NCBI GenBank assembly: GCA_963805065.1
Contig: CAWDSS010000017.1
Coordinates: 64,726 to 128,725, forward strand
Length of the DNA stretch: 64,000 bases
Direction of reading: 5' to 3'
From: Candidatus Omnitrophota bacterium
Lineage (GTDB): Bacteria > Omnitrophota > Gorgyraeia > Gygaellales > Profunditerraquicolaceae
Under the pieces are notes generated by a model. It did no database searches. It had not been told where the DNA came from and saw only the letters and a list, made by a program, of their open reading frames with translations. Of this stretch, positions 55,565 through 62,486 are shown in pieces. Made by a program: the position numbers and the translations under genes. The stretch's first letter is position 1, and every line of letters begins with the position of its first letter.

Positions 55565-55657
55565 TGAAAAAAGGTACAACAAAGGAGGCAGGCAAGATAG
55601 CGAAAGCTATAAGGCCTATCACCTACAAGAATCCCCAGAATGTTTGGGGATTTTTTG
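55565..55657 (+). ncRNA. Candidate small RNA (~90 nt), unknown family
   Basis: Bounded by the promoter above and a plus-strand-specific intrinsic terminator (ATCCCCA-gaatgtt-TGGGGAT + TTTTTGTTT, 55631..55660). It contains a hairpin AGGAGGCAGGC-aag-AUAGC-GAAA-GCUAU-aag-GCCUAUCACCU (55583..55624). There is no start codon after the SD-like AAAGGAGG. Confidence 0.4.
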
Positions 55658-55660
55658 TTT

Positions 55661-55714
55661 ACGTTTGCATAACTTACGGAGCACAAAGTGCGAACGTAAG
55701 TTATATGCAAACGT
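55661..55714. repeat. AACTTACG-type palindromic element, copy C
   Basis: ACGTTTGCATAACTTACG-gaGCACaaaGTGCgaa-CGTAAGTTATATGCAAACGT. Confidence 0.7.
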
Positions 55715-55759
55715 AAATCCCGAGCCTACGAACGCAATTTTGAAAAAATTGCGGAGTGC

Positions 55760-56731
55760 TTAGGCGAGGGAACTCATGTCACATCCCTCTATCAACTCCC
55801 TCATCTCCTCCCTCGTCTTAGCTGTAGATGATTTCTCCCTTAAAGACCGGACTTTACGAAAACCTTTTGTATACCAGGCAAAAAACTTTCGGAATTGCAT
55901 GACCCCGATCCTCTCTTTGTAAAAATCAATACAGCTGTCCAGATGCTCCAGCATTATTTTAACAATTTCTTTTCTATCAGGGCGCTCGGGGATCTTGCCT
56001 GTTTTTAGATACTCTTCTGTTTCCTTGAATATCCAAGGGTTACCCAAGGAGCCACGCGCAATTGCCACGCCGTCGCAACCTGTTTCATCAAATATCTTTT
56101 TGATTAATGGCGCATGGAATGCATCGCCGCTGGCAATAAGCGGAATTCCTAAGGCTTTCTTCACCTGGCAGATTACCTCATAATCAACTGGCCCTGAATA
56201 GCCTTGTGTTTTTGTCCTGCCGTGCAGAATCACTGCCTTAACTCCTGCATCCTGGGCAGCCAGCGCGATTGTCCTGGCATTGACGGAATCTCTGTCCCAG
56301 CCGCTACGGATCTTGACAGTCACAGGAACTTTAGAATTGGCTATTACCAGTTTAAGAAGTTTTTGTAATTTTTTGGGGTCTTTCAATAAACTAGCACCTT
56401 CGCCCCTGCGCGTCACTTTCTTGACAGGGCAGGCAGCATTAAAATCCAGTAAATCGAACTCGTATTCTTTAAGTATTTCTAAAGCTGCAAATATATATTT
56501 TGGCTCCGCTCCCAATATCTGTATGCCCAAAGGCTTATCTTTTGGATGAGAAGAGAGCATCTGACGGGTCCTTTTGCTCCCGTAGCTCATAGAGCGCACA
56601 TTTATCATTTCTACAAACGCAAGCTCGCAGCCGAATTTGCGGTTTATCAACCGAAAAGGCAAGTCGCTTATACCTGCCATAGGCGCAAGGAAAAGTGAAG
56701 ATTGAATTTTGAGGGCACCGATTTTAAGCAT
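55760..56731 (-). CDS. dusB: tRNA-dihydrouridine synthase
   Basis: FLAPMAGISDLPFRL and DFNAACPVKKV (catalytic Cys). 323 aa. Confidence 0.9.
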   Translation of the reverse strand: MLKIGALKIQSSLFLAPMAGISDLPFRLINRKFGCELAFVEMINVRSMSYGSKRTRQMLSSHPKDKPLGIQILGAEPKYIFAALEILKEYEFDLLDFNAACPVKKVTRRGEGASLLKDPKKLQKLLKLVIANSKVPVTVKIRSGWDRDSVNARTIALAAQDAGVKAVILHGRTKTQGYSGPVDYEVICQVKKALGIPLIASGDAFHAPLIKKIFDETGCDGVAIARGSLGNPWIFKETEEYLKTGKIPERPDRKEIVKIMLEHLDSCIDFYKERIGVMQFRKFFAWYTKGFRKVRSLREKSSTAKTREEMRELIEGCDMSSLA

Positions 56732-56798
56732 AATTATTCTTATGGCGAAATTGTCTAGCGCGGGTTATAAAAGGAAGGGAATTTATATACTAACAGGA

Positions 56799-57149
56799 CT
56801 ACTCTACCTTTACTGTCTTTTTAAGCTCTCCGCCCTCATTGCATGTGGCGGTAATATCAAGCGCATCACCCTTCTTCAAATTTACTTCTGAGTAGCTGGC
56901 TGCCTGCGTATTCTTATTTGTCTGGCTGGAGAAATGCTGCAAAATCCAAGTTTTACCATTAAGCTTTATCTCAAGAGACACAATAAAATGTTTTGTAGGA
57001 TCCTTTACGTTATGCCATACGCCTATAGCCAGGATTTTCTTATCAGGATAATACTTATAAACTATTGAATCCGGAGCGTGGGAAAAACTGATAGAAGTAA
57101 AACTGATTACTAATAAAAAGGCGGCAACTGCTAATATAGTCTTTCTCAT
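56799..57149 (-). CDS. Secreted small beta-rich protein with superoxide-reductase-like motif pattern
   Basis: Signal peptide, then SHAP...VWHNVKDPTKHFI...TCNEGGE. This parallels the SOR centre-II pattern KHVP / HPxxxxxH / CNxHG, except that the last His is Gly. Confidence 0.35.
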   Translation of the reverse strand: MRKTILAVAAFLLVISFTSISFSHAPDSIVYKYYPDKKILAIGVWHNVKDPTKHFIVSLEIKLNGKTWILQHFSSQTNKNTQAASYSEVNLKKGDALDITATCNEGGELKKTVKVE

Positions 57150-57216
57150 CTACCCTCCTTTGTTTTTTTCTACTATAACAACGCATTAAAAAAGAAAAGT
57201 CAAACATTTAAGCAAA

Positions 57217-57579
57217 TTAAGTGGTATCTGGTTTATTCAAACTCCTCAACAGGTCAACTATAGAAGGTTTGTTGCCGGGGGCAGGATCCTCCTGTTTTGG
57301 CTGAGTTTCTTTAACATCCTGCGGCGGCTGTATGCCTAATCTTTCAACATCTTTTTCCAATTCGTCATACTGGCTCTTGAGGCCATGGAATAATTCTTCT
57401 TTTAAAGCCAGTTCCTTTTTTAAGTTATCTACCTCCAGCTTTAGCCTCTGGGAATCTTTCTCAAGCTCGTTATTTTTGCTTGCCTCGCGCGAAACCTTAA
57501 ATGCAACAAACAAAGAAATAATAAACAGGCAGGCAAGAATACTCAAAAATACCGCAGGGCTTAGAAGAATCGCCATCAT
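57217..57579 (-). CDS. Membrane-anchored coiled-coil protein
   Basis: N-terminal TM helix, then a heptad-rich segment (LKLEVDNLKKELALKEELFHGLKSQYDELEKDVERL), then a Pro/Gln-rich tail. SD GAAAGGAG. Confidence 0.55.
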   Translation of the reverse strand: MMAILLSPAVFLSILACLFIISLFVAFKVSREASKNNELEKDSQRLKLEVDNLKKELALKEELFHGLKSQYDELEKDVERLGIQPPQDVKETQPKQEDPAPGNKPSIVDLLRSLNKPDTT

Positions 57580-57618
57580 CTTCCGGACTCCTTTCTAAAT
57601 TTAATTTCAAGCAAATGT

Positions 57619-57647
57619 ATTATATACCTTAATGCGTATTAAATCAA
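57619..57647 (-). promoter_or_regulatory. Sigma70-like promoter
   Basis: TTGATT (57647..57642), a 17-nt spacer, then TATAAT (57624..57619), ~40 nt upstream of ATG 57579. Confidence 0.5.
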
Positions 57648-57660
57648 GATAACATATAGT

Positions 57661-57700
57661 AAAGAAACCGGGCGCCCTGCTTTTTAAACCGGAGCGCCCG
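57661..57700 (-). terminator. Rho-independent terminator ending the two-component operon
   Basis: Minus strand reads CGGGCGC-loop-GGCGCCCGG followed by TTTCTTTAC, 20 nt after the stop at 57720. Confidence 0.6.
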
Positions 57701-57719
57701 TTTAATTCTTCAACACCTG

Positions 57720-58043
57720 TTAGTCGCCGTATACGGTTGTGGTATACTCGCCGTAAATACCTAACACGTTCTTTGAGTCGTAATCAACAAACTTAATGTT
57801 CCTGATGCCTGCGTTCGCAGCAGCTGCCTTGATACTCGCATCTCCGGTGGCCACTAACCCTAAGACTGATGTAGCTTTGGCAACTCCCACTTTACTGTAG
57901 CTTAAGCTTCCGTCTCCTGCAGCAACGGGAGATTTTATTTCTGTGTAAATCATCCCCATCGGATATGGCGTTGCGCAACCGGCTAATAAAGATACTGACA
58001 TCAGCAATATCGCGGCATAAATCATTTTTTTATTCATTTTCAC
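57720..58043 (-). CDS. TRL-like lipoprotein
   Basis: Lipobox LLAGC, then VLGLVATGDASIKAAAANAGIRNIKFVDYDSKNVLGIYGEYTTTVYGD, which matches the TRL family pattern as I remember it. Confidence 0.7.
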   Translation of the reverse strand: MKMNKKMIYAAILLMSVSLLAGCATPYPMGMIYTEIKSPVAAGDGSLSYSKVGVAKATSVLGLVATGDASIKAAAANAGIRNIKFVDYDSKNVLGIYGEYTTTVYGD

Positions 58044-58098
58044 CTCCTCCCATTTCTAATAATTTTCCATATAATATATTATTTTGGAGTCTTCTTCC

Positions 58099-58329
58099 CT
58101 ATTGAATGGGGAAATTACTGAATATTGTTTTATAATAATTGTTGATGGACTTAAGAGAAGCGATAGTTGCGATTATCAGGAAATAGCTGGCCACAAGAAT
58201 AATTATACTGATAATTACCTTGGCATTCTTGCTAAGATGCGGGCTTAGCCAGACCAAAGGAAGGACAAAAGGCCCCACGCACAAAAAAATAATTATTAAG
58301 CTAGAGGTTTTAAAATACCACTTCTCCAC
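58099..58329 (-). CDS. Small two-TM membrane protein
   Basis: 76 aa with two hydrophobic helices. No recognised family. Confidence 0.4.
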   Translation of the reverse strand: MEKWYFKTSSLIIIFLCVGPFVLPLVWLSPHLSKNAKVIISIIILVASYFLIIATIASLKSINNYYKTIFSNFPIQ

Positions 58330-58374
58330 TATTCACTCTTTCCCCTGACAGGTATACCTTGCGCCCTTAATTCA

Positions 58375-59877
58375 TCAGAGTTTCTCTAAAACACGCAAGA
58401 ACACCTCTACTACCTTCGGGTCAAACTGGGTGCCGCTGCCTTTTTTTAGTTCTGCGATAGCTTCTTCTTTGGTAAGCGCCTTGCGGTAAGGCCGGTCGGT
58501 AAACATGGCATCAAAACTATCCGCCACAGTCAGAATACGCGCACCCAAAGCGATTTCTTCTGCCTTTAGCTCAGCAGGATAACCTTTTCCGTCGTATCTC
58601 TCGTGGTGTTGCTCAACCAGTTTTATTACTTCGCTTAAAAAAGCTAATGGCCGCAAAATTTCAGCGCTCTTAACAGGGTGCATCTTCATTTTCTCCCACT
58701 CTTCACTGGATAGCTTCCCCGGCTTTGTAAGAATATAATCTTCTATGCCGATTTTGCCGATATCATGCAACTGACAGGCCTGTTCCAGGTCCTTAAGCTG
58801 CTCTTCCGCGAGGCCAATTTCTTTGGCAATGGCCAACGCGTATTCACAGACATGCTCAGAGTGTTTATGCGTATAATGGTCTTTGGCATCTATGGCTGAT
58901 GTAAGGGCTGAAACCGTGCGCATGTAACTGTCCTCGAGGCTGCTGTACAGGCGGGCGTTTTCAATTGCAATGGCTGCCTCAGCAGCTACGCCTTTAATAA
59001 ACCTGAAATCCTCCTTGGTAAAAACTTCTCTTGACCTTTTATTATTCACATTGATTACGCCGATCACCCCGTCCTTAGTCTTGAGGGGCACACTGATAAA
59101 AGAATGGGTATAATATTTTTCATTATTCCTCTGGCTAAAACGGGTGTCGGTTTCGATATCCTCTACCAAGACTCCTTCCTGGTGCTCTGCAATCCAACCG
59201 GAAATTAATTCTCCTACTTTTAACCTCGTATGCGTAATTACATCGCTCTCTAAGCCCTTAGCGCACCTGATTGTCAATTCCCCGGTATTCTTATCTACTA
59301 ATAGTATGGAGCAAATCTCCAAGTCCAGATTTTTTGTAATTCTATCTACGATAATCTCAAGGACTCGATTCAAATCCAGGGTTGAGGACATATCACGGCC
59401 TATCTTATATAGAAGAAACAGTTCTTTTGTCCTGTCTTTTGCTTTTTCTTCCAGTTTCTCATTTTGCTCTTCCAGCTGATGCATTAATCTTTTGTTTATC
59501 TGTTTCAGCTCACGGAAAGAAATTGCTCTTTTAATCACGAATGATATTTCATCCACGGTAAATGGCTTCATTACATAATCGTAAGCACCCTGCCGTAGTG
59601 CCGACTGAACCGTTTCAAAAGACGGGTAACCCGTCATTACGATAGCCACGCACTCAGGGTCAACCTTCTTAATTTCCTCCAATACCTTGATTCCGTCCAT
59701 ATCCGGCATTTTTAAATCCGTCATCACTACATCAAAATTTCCCTCTTTAAATTTATTTATGCCATCCTGCCCAGATTCGGTATACTTGACTGCATATCCC
59801 TGGTCGGTGAATAAGGTATTTAGCAGCTCACAAATAACTGTCTCGTCATCAATGATTAAAATACTATTTTGCGCCAT
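58375..59877 (-). CDS. Response regulator with GAF and HD-GYP domains (putative c-di-GMP phosphodiesterase)
   Basis: REC domain (DVVMTDLKMPDMDG), a central GAF, and HD-GYP (HDIGKIGI, HHERYDGKGYP). Confidence 0.88.
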   Translation of the reverse strand: MAQNSILIIDDETVICELLNTLFTDQGYAVKYTESGQDGINKFKEGNFDVVMTDLKMPDMDGIKVLEEIKKVDPECVAIVMTGYPSFETVQSALRQGAYDYVMKPFTVDEISFVIKRAISFRELKQINKRLMHQLEEQNEKLEEKAKDRTKELFLLYKIGRDMSSTLDLNRVLEIIVDRITKNLDLEICSILLVDKNTGELTIRCAKGLESDVITHTRLKVGELISGWIAEHQEGVLVEDIETDTRFSQRNNEKYYTHSFISVPLKTKDGVIGVINVNNKRSREVFTKEDFRFIKGVAAEAAIAIENARLYSSLEDSYMRTVSALTSAIDAKDHYTHKHSEHVCEYALAIAKEIGLAEEQLKDLEQACQLHDIGKIGIEDYILTKPGKLSSEEWEKMKMHPVKSAEILRPLAFLSEVIKLVEQHHERYDGKGYPAELKAEEIALGARILTVADSFDAMFTDRPYRKALTKEEAIAELKKGSGTQFDPKVVEVFLRVLEKL

Positions 59878-60256
59878 TTATGTTTTCCTTTTTTTCAAGA
59901 ATCTGGTTAACGATTGTCTTAACCTCATCTATGTGAAAGGGCTTGTGGATGCAGGTGATCGCCCCTTCCTTCTGTAGTTCTTCCACTAGATATGTCGGCA
60001 TACTATCAGTCATCACGATAAATGTCTTGGGGCATTTCTTCATTAGCATGCGTAATGTGCTTAGCCCGTCCATCACCGGCATATGCACATCCACAAAGGC
60101 AATGTCAAAGGAAGCATCCTTGACAATTTCTTCAGCTTCTTTTCCGTTACAAACAGTAGTAACGCTATACCCCTGGTCCGTAAGAATGTCACTAAAAAGA
60201 CTGCGCATAATCTGTTCGTCATCTACAATTAAAATCCGGACATCTTTATTGTTCAT
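59864..60256 (-). CDS. Single-domain CheY-like response regulator
   Basis: 130 aa with DIAFVDVHMPVMDG. ATGA overlap with the kinase stop. Confidence 0.88.
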   Translation of the reverse strand: MNNKDVRILIVDDEQIMRSLFSDILTDQGYSVTTVCNGKEAEEIVKDASFDIAFVDVHMPVMDGLSTLRMLMKKCPKTFIVMTDSMPTYLVEELQKEGAITCIHKPFHIDEVKTIVNQILEKKENINGAK

Positions 60257-62451
60257 CGAGCCACCTCCCCTACCGGCAAAGTAATAATGAATGTAGCGCC
60301 TTTACCTACCTGACTTCTTACTTCAATTTTTCCTTTATGGTCCTGGATAATCTGATAACTTATGGATAATCCAAGGCCGGTGCCTTTTTCCGTCTTAGTG
60401 GTGAAGAATGGCTCAAAGATGCGGATTAAATTTTCTTCCGGGATGCCGCAGCCGGTATCGCTAAATTCAATTTGCACTGCAGAAGGTAACTTAGACTGTT
60501 CATCTAATACATTCTTAGCAGTAAGAGTAATCTGGCCTCCTGTAGGCATGGCCTGCTGGGCATTAAGTATAAGATTGGTAAATACCTGTTGTAAGAGGTT
60601 AACCACGCCCATAACCCTGACTAAATTCGGCTGGATATTTACGAAGATGCTGACGTTACGCATCTTTAGCTGATGTTCCATAATGGCAAGCGTCTCCTCA
60701 ATTGCCAGGCCCACATCCATTAATTCCGGCCGGTCAATAAGGGATTTCCTGGAGAACCTTAATAAGTTATTGACGATTTTCTTACAGCGCATAGACTCCT
60801 TCTCAATGGACTCAATAAAGCCTTTGCAGGATTTAAAATCATCCGAGCTAAAACCGGGGCGGTTAATTTTATCCAGCATGAACTGGGCATAGCCTAAAAT
60901 GCCGCCTAAGGGATTATTTAATTCATGGGCAACACCAGCGCCTAATTGGCCTATAGCTGCCATCTTGGCAGATTGAATCAGCTGCGTCTGGGCCTCTTGC
61001 AACTCGCGGTTGGTCTTCTCTAATCCTTCGTATAATAAATAATTGTTCACCGCTACTGCGATTTCCTGGCCTGCGGTGGACAAGAGATTGATATCCTCTA
61101 TCTTGTAGCCTTCGCCGGAGAGTTTCTTACCCAGGCTTAAGATTCCGATTAAGCCTCTTTGCACGATTAAGGGTATGATTAATTCCACCTCCAGCAACTC
61201 CATAATCTTAAGCCCATCAGGCTTGACATCTTTAAACTTGGGCTCAACTATCAATAATTCTTTTTCCACGATATTGCCGTATGTTTGCAGGAAGGCCACA
61301 AAAGGGCTATTTTTTTCAAAAGTGACATTGATGTTGCTTAGGCCCTGGCTTTCCCGGATAGCATAGCGGTCGAGCTTTTCATCAAATAACATCAAATTAA
61401 CTTTATCTATGTGGATGGTCTCGGCAATCGTAGAGGTAACCGTACGCAACAAATCAGGAGAATCAAGAAATAAGCTTATTTTCTTGGCGAACTTTTCTAA
61501 GGTCTTACGGTAGTCGTATTTATCCCGATAAAAGATCCTGTCTACAAAATGCTGAGTTTTATCTTTTAGCGGGGTGATAAAAGACAAAAACAAGGTGATG
61601 AGAAAACTTGTGGCGATGATTTCTTGAATACTGGTAGTCTCTTTTCGTAACAGGAATTGGATAAAAACAATCGTGCCCCCGTAAGTCAAAATCACTAGCG
61701 ATGACAATAACGCATAAATAACAATCTTATGTACCAGGGTCTCAATATCCATAAGCCGGTATTTAATGATACTGTAAGCTATAATTGAAAAAAGCAGAAA
61801 CACAGGCAAAGAACCAAAGGGATAAACTTCTATTCCGTAATTAGGCAGGTAATCCCAGGAGCCCAGATACGCAATGAAAAAAGCCATAAACAAAAGCTTG
61901 CGCCGCTCTTTTTCAATTAACAGGTTTTCCTGTTTATAGCCGCGATAAAAATTAACCAGGCTGGCTAACATCAGAATAAAAAAGAAAAGCAAAAAAGGCG
62001 GGTGTAGAAAACTGGCCAAAGGATAGTAACCCCAGTAATATTTCTTTACTGCCCCTACAAACCAACTGGTCTGACTTAACACACAAAAAACCGCGCTCAT
62101 TACATAAGCCAAAACCACAAACTTCTTCTGGCGCCAGAATTTAAGATAAGCTACTGAGAAGGCATAAATGCTGGAGGAAATAAATGAAACACCTACGTAA
62201 ACGAATCTCCCCCAAAAAAGCGCCACTGCATAGTTCTTACTCACGCCGCACATTGTCTGAAACAACATCCAGGCTGATGCGGAAAAACAAGCATAAGCAA
62301 AGTATATGTTTGCGCTGGGCCTGTGTGTCTTTAAGACGATAAACGCGGCTAATGAGAATACGGTAATGGCAACCGCAAAATTAGGAATGCTGTAAGGATT
62401 TAAATAATAGTTCGCCGGATTAAAAAGTGTAGAAAGACTTTTCAGTATCAT
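60253..62451 (-). CDS. Sensor histidine kinase (N-terminal 7TM sensor, GAF, HisKA, HATPase_c), copy 1
   Basis: About 7 N-terminal TM helices, a GAF-like segment, H-box GAGVAHELNNPLGGI, N-box NLILNAQQAM, G1 DTGCGIPEE, G2 GTGLGLSIS. Confidence 0.9.
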   Translation of the reverse strand: MILKSLSTLFNPANYYLNPYSIPNFAVAITVFSLAAFIVLKTHRPSANIYFAYACFSASAWMLFQTMCGVSKNYAVALFWGRFVYVGVSFISSSIYAFSVAYLKFWRQKKFVVLAYVMSAVFCVLSQTSWFVGAVKKYYWGYYPLASFLHPPFLLFFFILMLASLVNFYRGYKQENLLIEKERRKLLFMAFFIAYLGSWDYLPNYGIEVYPFGSLPVFLLFSIIAYSIIKYRLMDIETLVHKIVIYALLSSLVILTYGGTIVFIQFLLRKETTSIQEIIATSFLITLFLSFITPLKDKTQHFVDRIFYRDKYDYRKTLEKFAKKISLFLDSPDLLRTVTSTIAETIHIDKVNLMLFDEKLDRYAIRESQGLSNINVTFEKNSPFVAFLQTYGNIVEKELLIVEPKFKDVKPDGLKIMELLEVELIIPLIVQRGLIGILSLGKKLSGEGYKIEDINLLSTAGQEIAVAVNNYLLYEGLEKTNRELQEAQTQLIQSAKMAAIGQLGAGVAHELNNPLGGILGYAQFMLDKINRPGFSSDDFKSCKGFIESIEKESMRCKKIVNNLLRFSRKSLIDRPELMDVGLAIEETLAIMEHQLKMRNVSIFVNIQPNLVRVMGVVNLLQQVFTNLILNAQQAMPTGGQITLTAKNVLDEQSKLPSAVQIEFSDTGCGIPEENLIRIFEPFFTTKTEKGTGLGLSISYQIIQDHKGKIEVRSQVGKGATFIITLPVGEVAR
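60270..61691. repeat. Near-identical 1.42-kb direct repeat, unit 1 (cytoplasmic part of kinase 1)
   Basis: Matches 62501..63922 at a constant offset of 2231 bp. The one mismatch I found is 61187 A vs 63418 G. Similarity drops sharply after 61691/63922. Confidence 0.85.
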
Positions 62452-62486
62452 GCTTTTATTATACTGTAATATTAGCGCTTATTCAA

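Noticed and set aside
55565-55657. Candidate sRNA considered as SRP (4.5S) RNA.
   Set aside because: A GNRA tetraloop hairpin is present, but the near-universal helix-8 motif (GGAA/AGCA-containing symmetric and asymmetric loops, e.g. ...GGAAGCAGCC...) is absent.
55513-55763. ORFs 55513..55710 (-) and 55530..55763 (+) in the recG/dusB spacer.
   Set aside because: They have no SD. The plus ORF starts at the TTG that is the -35 box of the predicted promoter. Both run through a terminator hairpin and a palindromic repeat. The region is better explained as non-coding (sRNA plus repeat element).
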